A stretch of 64,000 bases of DNA from Chrysomallon squamiferum (GCA_012295275.1 CM022679.1:5890001-5954000), one strand, 5' to 3'. Positions 1 to 13,610 are shown, counted from the stretch's first letter. Notes: generated by a model from the letters alone, not told the origin. Translations and numbers: made by a program.

Positions 1-1102
1 CAGTATTCTGATTCATTTTTATTTTTTACAAAAGATTTGAAATAGGAAAGAAACTGATTCAGCACAAATTCTAAATTATTTTTTCAATATTTCTTTATTT
101 TAATAGACTGAAGTGGTTTTTCTACTGTTTTTATTACCACTACAACTGCTACTGCTGCTATTGCTGCAATTATTGTCAATGTTTTTGATGACATTACTGC
201 TAATACTGTTATTCCTGTTTCAGTTGTAATTGTTACTTACAATACAGTTACAAATCTTTCCCACAACTTTCAAAAGCATCATTTTTGACTGTTCAGATTA
301 ACACATTTTTTTTGGATAAAAATATGGTTTTGAGATCTAAATCGTTAGTTTCTCATCTTCTGCTTTCACTGAAAACTTCACTGATAATTCACCACAGCCC
401 TTCTTCCCCAGAAAAGTGATTCTCAAAATGTATGGATTTATGACTGTTGTCTGTGTTTTGAGGCAACTGTTTTCAATCTAATTTTGAATAAAAAAAAGTC
501 ATTATTACTTACAATACAGTCAAATCTTTCCCAAGCTTTCAAAAGCATCATTTTCTACTGTTTGAATTAACAAAGTTTTCTATAAAAATTTCCTTATAAG
601 AGATTCTTAATTAAATTTATCCATGAGGATATAGTAAATGGGATGGTTGATTTATATATATTCAGCACATTTACATTGATAACGGTCAGTGACATATTCC
701 TAACAGTTTTCCATCAATGAAAAAACACTCCCATGTAAGTGACTTTCTGAGACCCTTCTCTTTCTATACCAATTAAAATTTTGTATAAACTTTTTCAATT
801 TCTATTTTATATTCTTTCATTTTTATTTCTTCTTCTTCTTCCATTTTTCTTTAACCTTTTTTTGCTTTTCTTTTTTCATTTTCTTATTAGACATGGTTTT
901 GAGAACTAAATCTTTAGTTTTTCATCTTCTGCTTTCACTGAAAACTTGACTGAAAATATGCCACAGCCCTTCTTCAGCAGAAAAGTTATTCTCAAAATGT
1001 ATGGATTCTGACTATTGTCTATGTTTTGAGGCAACTGTTTTCAATCTAAGTAACTTACCCGTATCTGTTGTTAAATAACAATAAACCTTAAACACACACA
1101 CT

Positions 1103-1123
1103 AGGTACCAGACCATTTATCTG
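1103..1123. mobile_element. Solo TIR fragment of the 38155 MITE family
   Basis: AGGTACCAGACCATTTATCTG matches the reverse complement of the right TIR with one mismatch. Confidence 0.55.
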
Positions 1124-1666
1124 AAAGTTGGATAAATCCCTGTGTAGTGTTGTTGTTTCTATTATCATTTTGTAGTTGTTGTTACATTTGCAACCGACAA
1201 AACACTAATTTAATTAATATTTAATCATCCCAGATAGGTTCACTGTCTCATGAAATGTTGGTCTGAAAAATAAAGAGTCAGTCACCTTCTTTTCTAATAA
1301 ACAATTATTATGATAATTACTTTTTAATGTCATTGACTTGTGTTATCAGAAAACTATTTTGCAACCAAGTGAGGTCAATCAAAGCAGTGAAACACACAGA
1401 ATAATTATTTTACAAACCATAACCTAGATTTTTTGAACTGCTTGAAATTAAAAGTAAAATCAGTTTAATTGACAAGTCAACCAATATGCTTAAATCGATG
1501 TGATTAAAAATGCATCTTTTGTGTTGTTGTTTTTTTGTTTTTTTTTTCCTTTATTTGTGATATCTTTTTATGTATGTGTTTATGTCAATAGGTTGAAAGA
1601 TATATATGCACTTATTTTTATTCATATATAGGCCTATATATATATGGATGTGTGTGTGTCTGGCTT

Positions 1667-1673
<7 letters not shown>

Positions 1674-1727
<54 letters not shown>
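1674..1727. repeat. (GT)n microsatellite
   Basis: Direct. Confidence 0.95.
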
Positions 1728-1728
<1 letters not shown>

Positions 1729-3869
1729 GGAAGTGAAACTTGATACATTGACTGTTATTTACATGGTCGTTCATTTTTCAAAAGTAACTAGCCTAGGGGT
1801 CTTGATGTTTTTCAAAAAAATAATAATGTTTTCCCTAATGACATGAAGTTTTGTTACACTGGTTTCATTGGTTTTATACCAAATACTGAAAATTAAATTA
1901 ACTTAAAATGTCATTGTCATTATTCTGATTGTGGTTTTCTTGTGTCACTGATTCTAAAAGTTTTGTAATTTTTCTTCTAGATGAATAGATAGGTCTACAA
2001 CATCACCCACTATGATTGACCAAAACTGGAGTATTTATTACCTGCATACTGACATATGTGGCATATGTGAATTACACTTGATTAGAAGTTTTCTTTAATG
2101 CTCACCTTATAAGGGAATCTTTTTACAGACTACCTTGAGGATATCATAAACACACACATACAACACACATATATACAAATCAAGCACTCCCACCTTTAAC
2201 AACATTTTACAACACTTCTCTTTCTGTACTGCTAAATAAATATTTCTTCATTTCTTTTCTTAAAAGTGTGTATGTATGCGAGTGTATGTGTATGAAAAAA
2301 GCTAAGTGCAAGCTCTATTTTTTTGTATGTGTATTTATATATGTGTGTATTTCTGTCTGTATATGTATGTGTGTGTGTGTGTCTGTGTCTGTGTCTGTGT
2401 ATGTTGGAAATGGAAATACTCTCAAATACAATAGGCTGACTTCATTTTACAAGTGTTGCTACCAGGGATTTTGATGTTTTACACCCCTGGATCTGTTCAT
2501 GAATACAATTATATTATGACAAATTTATTAAAACAAATACCATTTTTCAAATAATATTTTTATTTCTATTTTTGTTTTCCCCTCAGTGTGTACAAAATAA
2601 TATAAAGAAAACATAATAATTAAGATCTTTGACAAAAAATTACATTAGACCTCTAATAAATAATGAGTTTCTTACAAAATATAAAAAGTTTTATTATTTC
2701 ATACAAATATATCAATCAGTATAAAGATACAAAAACAATAAATAGTAAAACATTTTATCTGTATATTCTAAACAACTACAAAACTGATGTGCTCAGAATA
2801 TTTAAGGCCTTATTTCATAAGGCTAGGTTCAGTAATACATGCTGAAAGGAACATTTTTTTACTATTGTTACTGTTATTTTTAGTACTGTTGTAATTATAT
2901 CATTTTTAAAAAGGAAAAAAGAAATCACTCTTTGAGTAAAATAAGTAATTATTACCAACAGTACAGTTTCAAATCTGTACCGCATTTTCAAAAGTTTCTA
3001 TTTTAAATTTGTAGGATTAACCCCACAGATTTTCTTTAATGTTTTCCTTATAAGAGAATCTTAGTTATCAATGAAGATTTAATAAAAGGATGGTTGACAA
3101 ATACATCCTGTACATGTGTCATTGACTGCGCCTAACAGTTTTCCATCAAGGACTAAACATTCCCATCTTAATGTCTAAGACCTTCTCTTTCTACACTGAT
3201 TATAATTTTCTTTTTTTCAATTTTTATTTTATGTTATTTGTGTGTACATATGTTGGAAATGGAAACTATATGTAGGGAATAATTGGTTACGGTCTTAAGA
3301 TGTCGTCTTTATCATGTGGAGGTTAGAATGCTGAGTGTAATTGTGTTTTTTTTTATATTATTCTTCAATTCTAAATAATACAAAAAGTTAAAGAAATTAA
3401 CTTTTATTTCTCAAATGACTGCTCTCAAGAGTAGTAGATTCATGCTTACTGCTAAAAAATACACATCAAAACAAAATAGTTCTTAAAAAACAACTATTTC
3501 TTGGTTATTTTTAAAATGAAAAATATTTTCAAAATGTTCTTTTTACAATATACATATATTCAAACAAGAATTAATTTACTTAAGTAAAAATAATTATTCA
3601 CCAAAAATTGTATTTTAGGTCAGTGACTTGAAATATAGAAATTTATCATTACCATATGTTGACAGTATATATAGTTTTTTAATTACAGCTTGAATTAATT
3701 TTTTAATTTTCATTAGTTTTCTATTTTTGATCTGTTCAAAGTACTGAATGATACAATAAGAGTCTGATTCATTATAACTTTTTTCAAAAGATTTAAAATA
3801 GGAAAGAAAATGATTCAGCACAAACTGTAAATTATTTTTTCAATATTTCTTTATTTTAATAGAGAGAAG

Positions 3870-3984
3870 ACATTGCCTTTCAAGCAAGTGATCTTGAGTT
3901 TTCAGAGATTTCTTTTTTTCAAAATAGAAATCCATAACAAATTAAACTTTATGGACCAGTATATGAGAAAATACACTTTTCACA

Positions 3985-4025
<41 letters not shown>

Positions 4026-6078
4026 AAAAAAAAAATAAACTCATTGAATTAAATATGAAATTAGATTTATGTTAGTAATGGTATATAGATAGAGTTACAT
4101 GAAAAATTAGAACATTACAGATAATAATCATCTAACTATAACTATTTTTGTAATTTATGCTTCTGATTACAACTTATCACACTGAAGCAGTATAATTATT
4201 TGAATACAGTTAAGGAAAAAAAAATTATATACAACATAGATATATCAGAGCAGGTAATTTTTCTCAAATGTTGGCAGTGTTTTAAAAATATTTGTTAACA
4301 TTCATTATTTTAATATATTTGTAACACTGTTCCAAAATACAGATAACATTTTCTTGGGTGATTTATAAGTAGTTATTACATATTTTAAAAACCTCTGTTT
4401 TCATAATTATTTAAACTAACTTTATTACCTGTTCAAATATTTCAAGAACATAAAATACATATTTACAAATCAAAAACTGTTGCACTATTTTAACTTCAAA
4501 TTTATTCAATTACATAAATAAAATGTGGTGGGGGTGGGAAAATCACATTAAAAATGATACATTTAAGTCTAAAAACTGTAGAAATGTATTTTATTCAAGT
4601 AAATTCCAGTTATTTCTTAAATGTATAACCAACCAATGCACATTTTGTGTATGTTGAAGATGATTATTACACATGAGAAAGATTAAAAAAAAAAATCAAC
4701 TTCCATATACCCACAAAAAAGAATATAAAGCCAATTGTTTGTTATTTTTAATTAATTTATTTATTGTTATTATTATTTTACAAACAAAAAGTTTTAACTC
4801 TAATACATCTGACACTTTCTGTAGAATTCTAAAAAATATTGGGCATATAAGTCATTTGATATGTACATTTCCACCCACTGTACTATCAATGAACAGTTAA
4901 ACAAAAACATATTTTTTGATGCAACAGTATCAAATTATTATTACATACATGTATACTATTCTACAGAGTATTAACAAAACGTTTATCTACAACAGAAAAT
5001 AAAATAGTAAGAATTATATATATACATCTACATATTATGTATATTAAAATTCATTCACAAATGAATAGCTTTCTTTGTAATGTAACACGATCTTAGTACT
5101 TCTGCACAACAAAGTACACTGAAATGAAAGTCTACATGGACAAACAAAACAAAACAATAATAATAATAAACCTTATTTTTTTTTAAATGTCAATAATTTA
5201 CAGTATTCAAACTGCATTTATTTTAGAATTACTTTTGACAATTAATCATATGTAAAGAAAAGAAATTTTTTATTTTATATTTTGTCAACATGTTTCTTAA
5301 AAAGTAAATAAGTAAATAAAATAAACATTGAAAAAATAAAAGAAATAAATAAAAGAAATAAATATAAAAATAAAAAAATTAATATTCTTATTTAGAAAAA
5401 AGAGTGGATTGAAATATACAGAAAGTGATAACAGTAAATAATAATAATAATCATAATAATAGTAATAATAATCATAATAATAATAACTGTAATTAGGGTA
5501 ATAAAGAGAGAAAAAAAATTCCAAAAAAATTAAATATCAATATAACAAAGTAAATTAGAAAATAATTTAATAAATGGATAAAAGATTTGTAAGAAAAAAA
5601 AAATTTAAATAATATATAAAAAAAAAAATTTGTTTTGTTATTTAATTACTTCATACCAACAATGATCAACAGCCAACATTTTAATGATTTAATGAGACGT
5701 GAAAATACACTTTCTTGATCAAATGAGAAGTAAAATGAAAACACACTTAGTAAATTATGATATTTTAATGCTAATGATAATCAATATATATATAAATATA
5801 TACATTTATCACCTGCAGACATACCAACACATACAGCCAAACACACACTCTCAGAAAAAAACATCGACAGTCGTACAAATCTCCCTTTACATTATCAATG
5901 ATGCCGCTTTTATTTTTTATTTTTTTATTTTTTATTTAATTTTTTTTTTTTTTTAATCTGTTTCTTATTCAAAGTATTTCTGACAAGTCATGGATAACAA
6001 AAATATTACAGTTTTTTTAATTGTTTCTTGTTTGATTCTTCTGTTAAGCTTCTTCCCTGCCATAATGGTGTATGTATT
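3870..6078 (-). other. Putative long AU-rich 3' UTR (end not defined)
   Basis: Follows the terminal-exon stop; several AATAAA on the minus strand; the lower boundary is a guess placed at the edge of the duplicated block. Confidence 0.3.
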
Positions 6079-6084
6079 TTAGCC
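6079..6084 (-). CDS. Coding start of the putative terminal exon: GGC TAA (Gly-stop for the exon-A isoform)
   Basis: Strong acceptor ttaattttattttcag followed by an in-frame Gly-stop; supplies the stop that exon A lacks. Confidence 0.55.
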   Translation of the reverse strand, partial: G

Positions 6085-9000
6085 CTGAAAATAAAATTAA
6101 AAAATTGCTGTTAAAATTATGCTACAAAACCATTATAAATAATAATAGTGAAGAATATAAATAAATAAATAATGCAATGTAATAAATAGTTAATTAATTA
6201 ATATTGAAGACAAGGGGAGAAAAAACAAACTAAAAATAATTATGATTTAAAAAAAGTATGATTTAATTATTTCATTTAACATATATGTATCATTGTGCTT
6301 GATGAAACAACCAAATTGAGTTTCATCATGTAAAAGTAGGAATATTCAGCTTTCATGAAAATGATATTAAGACTAGTAAATTTAGAATAAAAGAATTAGA
6401 AAGCTCTAAATGGCTGCAGGTTTAAAACAATTATTCACTAAATAACTGTATTTTATTACAGTCCTCTCTGATGCAATTGCAATATTTTATTTTAAAAACA
6501 ATAATTTTCATTAATTTTCTGAATATACTAAACACTGAATAATTGAAGGTTTACTTTTCAGAAAAACATCACCACTAGAAGACAGTGAAATAATTTTTCA
6601 GACATTATTTTAGTATTAAATAGCTGCTACTTAGGCATTCTGTGTGTGTGTGCATGTGTGCATATATAAGTAGCAACTATTTAACCTGCAATTTCTGGCC
6701 AAAAAGATACTACTAAATGATTGCATAAGATGTAAATTCATGCCAAAAGTAAACTTATGATTTCACTAATTAATTCAGTGGAGAATGTGATTAATTTTTA
6801 TAAAAGACCACTAAAGTTCCTGAAGTGATGTGAGTGAAACATACTAATTATGGTATGTTTCTAGGGTTTCTTCAAATAATGTACATAAATTTTTAAATAT
6901 AGAAGAAAATATGATAACAAGCTGAAATTGTCATGAGGGACTATATCTATAAGACCATAGTCTATCAACTGAATTGTTTTAAGAAGACCAAAAGTAGCCA
7001 TAGTGATAGCACATTTTTCATGAACAATGCTGGGTGGAGCATGACTTGAAATAATCTCTTGATTTTTATCTACGAACATGATTCTGCTATCAAGTCAGCA
7101 TTATTTTAATATGAAATAGAACTAAAAATACAGGGTCATAATAAAGGCCTTGTGCAATTTTACATTTTTATAGTTTCCAGTCTGTGCACAATAGAATTAA
7201 TTTGTAAAAAGAATGTTTAGATTTTTATATATATTTACTGCTGAGGTTATGGTATAAATGAAAATGAGCTACAAAATGTATTTCTAGAATTTCAGAATCC
7301 TAACATGATTTGTATCTGTAACAGTGGTCATATTGAAAATTCGTAATTTCAATAATAAATACATTTAAAAATCCCAGAATTATTTTTCTTATGATTTTTA
7401 CAATTCACTTCTAAATGTAAAAAGCACATTGTCCCTATATAGAAATTCATTTATGAAGGTTATATTCAAAACTTATATATTTATTTGTATCAAGCTGACT
7501 GAAAAAATATTTTGTCTTTAATACCACATTATACTAGAAAGTAAATAAAGAAAAGACAAAAAATTTGGTGAAATGAATGAATAATGGTACATACACTGAA
7601 CCAGAAATATTTATGTTAGGACTATGTCAAAATAAAATTTAATAAAAAAGAAAAAAGAATCATAAGTCTAGTTTTGCCTGACTTTTACATTGTCAATTTT
7701 ACTGTATTGTAATAAAGGGCTCTTATATGGAATATCTTTGACCAAGGATTATAAGTGGATATATCTATGATGCAGGTTAGATAAACTGATTTATGCACCT
7801 TTTAAAATGTTTAATATCAGCAGAAAAATACTTTCCTGTGTAATTTAAATGTATTCACAAAGATTTGTAAAGCAGGTACCATTAAGAAACTAGTCAACTA
7901 AACAACCTAATGCACTTGAAATAATAAAATGTATAACTCTGCTACATCCCATTCTCTGTCAGGTCTCAAGATGAAGTTGATAAGAACATAGAGAACTTTA
8001 TAATGACCCCAATAAACAAATGTTTGGCCTTGAGGTCTGGTCAAGGGCATACTAGCATGGTAAAGATTATCAGATGTGCAAGTCCTGCCAACAGAATCTG
8101 TGCAGATTCTTGTTTAAGTACTACAACCACATTCAGAAATGTCTGTAAATATAAAAATCATGTTTCTCTTAGCCATATTGAAGCACAGATATTCTGCTGA
8201 AAAGTGGTATGGTTCTCATTAGAACATCTGGGTAAACAAGACTGATTAAGTTCATCACCTGAAGCAAGTAACTGAAACAAGTAATATTTATCTAGTCTGA
8301 AAAAAACAATCCAGGCCCACATTTTATTTCAGTTATCAGTTAGTGAATGAAAATTGTCCTTTTTTTGTTATTAGGTTAATAATATCATAAGAAATACAAG
8401 TTTTGAATATTTATCATCCACAATTCACTGTATTATTACACAGATCATATAAAAACAGTATGTATTAATTCTTATTTCCCTGTCAAAATATTAAGACTAT
8501 GTTATATGTTTGTATATAAGTATACAAAAATACACTTCTGTCTGCTGGTAAAAGTATCCCAGTGGATTCCCTCTCTGAAATAATTATGTTGGGGTGTTAT
8601 TAAACTCTAAATAAATTATCAGAAAAATGCAGATTATTATTATCATGATTATTATTACTGTTATTGTTATTGTTAATTGTTTTAAGAAATGTATATATTA
8701 ATTACAAAATATATTCTTTTAAAAAAAAATTCATTGTTATCAAAGGTGTTTGTCCACTTTTATCTTGACATTTTGACAGATACTCTGTTTTGTTTGTAGT
8801 ACTGGTACACATTACCACAACAAGTACTAAATTAAAGCTGTCAGAATGCATACAGATGTATTATTCTGTCATTATGGGTTAGTTACAGACACTGTTGTCT
8901 GTAGTAATACTAAATGTTACTCATTTTTAAAAATATTTCTTTTAAATTCAAGATTGTTTATTGTGGCAACTGAATGAACAAAATGTTTGACACTTCATGC

Positions 9001-12000
9001 AAAATGTATAAAATAAAAAATACTTTGACAATAAAAAAATATATTTCCAAAAATGTAGATATATGTAGTTGCACCTTCAACAAGTTATATAAGTATTTGT
9101 TTCATCAGGTTTTGTTTTTCTTTTCTTTTTGGGTTTTTTCTTTGTTTTGTTAAATAATCAAGTGTAGGCTATTTCACCTGAGCTATATCTGATATGTAAT
9201 TAAATGTAACTGATGTATGCAAACATTAGCTTGTCTTAAAATGACTATTTTAACTGTCAGTGCAGATCAGTCTTTATTACTAATAAAATGTAACAAATAT
9301 CTAAAAGTCCTTTGTTATTCATAATCTGGTGTTTGTTTTCATTCCTCTTTAGTCATGATAGCATGTTTTATAATGTTTATTAATGTCATAAAATAACAAA
9401 ATTAAAACAATAATAATAACATGGCTTTACTCATGATTAGCTGATTGATAATGGTTTTAAAAAAAACCTAGATTGATTAAATAATAAGCAAGATTGCTGA
9501 ATTTGTGTAAAATGCAATGTCAGAAACATTATCAACAGTTTTATTTAGCACCAAAACAAACTTCGATAAAAGCTTGTGATACTAAGATTTTGTTGTTTTC
9601 ATGGAGGGTTTCAGTTTTTAAAAGATATAATATCTAATATAAATAAGAGAGATATCTGGAATAGTAAATGTATGTGTGCTTCAGTTCTAAACCTTAGCTG
9701 GTTCAATCTGATAATGATGAATTTAAATGACAAGTGTCATGGTTTAATACTTGGAATCAACCTAACACTTGTCCCCTTTGGCTATTGGACCCTCTATACT
9801 AAGTCAAAGCAGCCCTGTTAACAGCTCTGTTACCGAGTTACATAATGTTATTAGCTTTTATGCAATACCAATTAACAGTTGAAGGTGCATGCTGGAATCC
9901 TGTGAAATAACTTAATTAGCTATGCAATTTAGAAACAAGAACAAGGCAAAGAAAAATGTTTGATGACAGAGGAATCATGTGATACCACTGGACTAATTAG
10001 TAAACCACAGAAAAAATACAAAAAATAAATAAACAATACTTATTTTATATAGTGTTCAATATGTACATCTATGTATGTGTTTATGTATGTATCTATCTAC
10101 ATGTCTGTAGACATATGTGTAAGTGGGTGTGGGCATATATATGTATGTAGCCTATATGTGTATGTATGAATATGTATCTATTTATTTATGTATGTATGAT
10201 TATCTGCACTTGTCTTCTAGTCACAAGCATTTAAAACTGAGCCCACATTAAATGTACATTGCTTACGTCTTTTATTTACCATATGCAGCATTAATAAAAA
10301 ACTTTTGTTTTGGTAATTTACTAAAGCTAAACATGCAAATTTATATATCAAAATTAATATTTTCTCACTTATCTTAAGATTAATTAATCAAGGCAAAATC
10401 ATGTTAAAAAGGTAAAGAAAAAAGTATATCTTTATTACAGTTTCATGTGCATCCCATGAAAACATTTTAATTATGAGCAGATTTACCTTAATTAATAAAT
10501 TAACTGATAACTTTCACTCTCATCATAGAAAATGAGAAGCTGAACCTGATACTGATTAAAGATGAGAACTCAATACACACCAGTCCTCACAACTGTTCTG
10601 ACAGGAGAAGATGTAGTCTACAGAATGAAGGAAAAACCCGAAGGCACACTAAGGAATATGCTATTACTCATGCAAGATGCCAGCATAATATGTTTGAGGG
10701 AAGTTCAAAACCTATAGTTATTCATTTTTGCAAGTCTGCTGAACTGAGGATCAGCCAAAACTTTAACAAATGTTATTTCTAACTCAGTAAACATAGGACA
10801 CCAGATTCAATTACCCTAGCCAGCTGTTTATAACTAAGTTAGTCAGCCTTGAAAGTTGTCACCCCCTTATCTCAGATGGTCACTTGTGACCATCCACAAG
10901 GTTTGCAGACTAGTCACTTGTGAAAATACCTAGACTTGCTAAAAGAGCAATCTCATTTTTATGTGTGCTCCAAAATTAATGTATTTTAATTTTTGTTTTA
11001 AAATTTTGGATACAAAAATAAGAAATGCATTCAGGTTACTGATGAATGGGAAAATGCCAATTCTTTTACAAAATAAAAGTGGTCTAATGCTTAGTGAAAA
11101 GACTGAAGTGGTAATGAGTTATAATGAAGGAAGAATAATATGCTTCATAAATTAAATAATTAATTAATGAAATAAAGAATATCTTATGTTCCATGGATTG
11201 GTGGAGATACTAGTGAATTAAGAAGTGCTGTATGAACAAAACTGAAAAAAATAATTCTGACAGTATAAAAATGTGATACAATAATAAACATTAGCTTTCT
11301 GGCATGCAATTCTGACAGAGAATGTCTATCATTAACTTAATTCCTGAACTGCCACAGGCTTAGACTTTTAGCAAGTCTAGGGCTGTCAAACCTGTAGTCA
11401 GATTATAGTGATGCTGCCCAGCAACAAAGGTGAGCACTGATACATGACCAGTCACTTACAGTTACAGGTGTATGTATGTCCAGCAAACAAAATGACCAAG
11501 CTTCTCAGAGATAAGTTACAGGTGGACAATAAAGGCCATGGTGCTGGGACAGGCCAATTACATGCTTTCTTGAACAGTGTTTGTTTGCAGAGGTGAATAA
11601 GTCAGACATTTTCTTTAAAGCAATTATCACTTTAGATAATGAGAGATAAATACATCAATAATTAAACAGTGAAAACTACTCTTGTCAGCATTTTATAAGA
11701 AATAAAATAGATTTGATTTAAAAGTAAAAAAAAAATTAATAAAATTTCCATAGCTTACAATGATTTTCTTTTTTAAAATATTATATCTATTTTACAGTAA
11801 AAAATAATTAGTAATTTACATCAGCAAAACAGACTTAAATTATACTAAATGTTTAATAAATTTTGATATTTCATTTTAATGCACAAATGTAAACAGATAA
11901 AATACATATAATAAGAATCTTTTTCTTTTTTTCTTTTCATTTTGTTTATCTTTATAGACACATATTAAAAAAATTATGGTTATCAGCAACATCTTCATCA

Positions 12001-12241
12001 TTATTTTTCATATAATGGCAAGAATAAAACTGTTGTAACATATCAGCTAACACAATAAAATTATACATGCAATGCATGAATACATTTTTTTTTAAAAATG
12101 CTAAAATTGCATGTACAGTTTATTTATTTTGTATTATACATTAAAAGAAAAATTATAACAATAAATTTAAAAAAAAAAAAAAAAAAATCGAACCAGAAAA
12201 TTAAAAATTGGGAATAAAAAAAAAATCACTTAAATTATATA

Positions 12242-12244
<3 letters not shown>

Positions 12245-12339
<95 letters not shown>

Positions 12340-12356
12340 CATATATATATATATAT

Positions 12357-12399
<43 letters not shown>

Positions 12400-12441
12400 T
12401 ACATATATATACATATATACACATATATACATATATACATA
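12245..12441. repeat. Compound (CA)n/(TA)n microsatellite
   Basis: Direct; source of four spurious ORFs. Confidence 0.95.
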
Positions 12442-13126
12442 TAATTTAAGGGATTTAAAAAAAAAAATGATTTAGATACACATACACACACATATATATA
12501 CATATATGGAAGAAAATGTGTAAATGTTTTTTTATTTTATTTTTGTGTGACTTGCAGCATGCAGAAAGTTCTTGATAGGTTAAAGAAATTAAATAATTTG
12601 TTCAGGCATATTGCATTCTTTTCTAAAAAATATAATTTAAAAATATGCACAAATAACTTGCAACTAAGGGAAGATTTAATTTAACAAAACTTTGCACTTA
12701 AATATATCAAATTTAAAATTAACTGAAAGTGGAATATTTCAAAAATTATATAATATTTTTTGCTGTGAGTACTTTTCCAAATATAATTATCATAAATATT
12801 TACTACAGTATTCTAACCAGTGAGTATAAATAACAATTTTGTTTTGAAAAGCATCTACCTGGACTTTTGATTTATTAATGTTTCTTCATTAGCTATTCAG
12901 TTTATAATATGTCTATAACATCTTAATTATTAACATGCTTGATTAATGTTCACTATATTAAAACACTTCTGATAGTTAAAAATATTATCAGTGTTTAATT
13001 TCATGTCACCTTATACTAATATAGTGCAAACTTTAAAATACATTTTAAAGTGCACATACTTATATAATCATACAGAATCAGTAGCAAGTATAAAGATCAT
13101 GCAAAATGTGCAATACCTACCTATTT

Positions 13127-13258
13127 TCATGGGCGTCTGCCTCCTTCAAATGGCAGTTGCCGTACATCCTGTTGTCGAGGGTTTGGCCTATAGCCACATC
13201 CCTCTATTGGTAAACCATCTTTTCCTAGAGGACATGGTGCATCTAGTCCAGGGAGACC
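13127..13258 (-). CDS. C-terminal NC exon B: [43 protein letters not shown]-stop (exon probably ends at 13121)
   Basis: attctag acceptor, TGA at 13129-13127, TAG/gtaggt donor 6 nt further on; MACIT motif. Confidence 0.9.
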   Translation of the reverse strand, partial: GLPGLDAPCPLGKDGLPIEGCGYRPNPRQQDVRQLPFEGGRRP

Positions 13259-13526
13259 CTAGAATGCAGGAACATGCACAGGCATAATAAAGATAGACTA
13301 TGTAACAAACTAATGAAACTAAGGTCATATATAAAAAGAAAACACAAAGAAAAAAGTTAATATTGTCACAAACAAAAATGAATGACACCTAGAAATAATA
13401 ATTGTGTTAAAACCAAAAATATGAAATCTGAAGGTCATGCATATTGGGCAGCATAAATGGACATCACATCAAGTCAGTTGTACTGCATCCAAGGTGAAGG
13501 TCGTTCATGCCTAAAAATCAAGTTAC

Positions 13527-13610
13527 CTGATTTGGTATACTCCATCCACAGTTTGGTAATGGCAATCCATCAGGACCTATTGGACATGGTGCATCAAGAC
13601 CAGGACTGCC
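13527..13610 (-). CDS. C-terminal NC exon A: [28 protein letters not shown]
   Basis: CTAAC branch motifs, atcacag / gtaact, 84 nt, MACIT C-terminal motif. Confidence 0.92.

Larger units (their letters stand above)
7..3862. repeat. Degenerate local tandem/segmental duplication
   Basis: 324-480 ~ 893-1048; 233-310 ~ 504-580 ~ 2951-3030; 590-790 ~ 3040-3230; 7-106 ~ 3763-3862; GTTGGAA(A/G)TG(G)AAA motif near 1726, 2403 and 3252. Confidence 0.8.

Noticed and set aside
3989-4024. Long A tract as a possible retrocopy tail or polyadenylation site of the collagen gene
   Set aside because: It is poly(U) on the gene's strand, and no TSD or retroelement body was recognised
12208-12503. Four overlapping ORFs rich in Y/I/H/T/C/V
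   Set aside because: Translations of (CA)n/(TA)n microsatellite; the same applies to ORFs at 1652, 2268, 21506, 25077, 39798 and 56906
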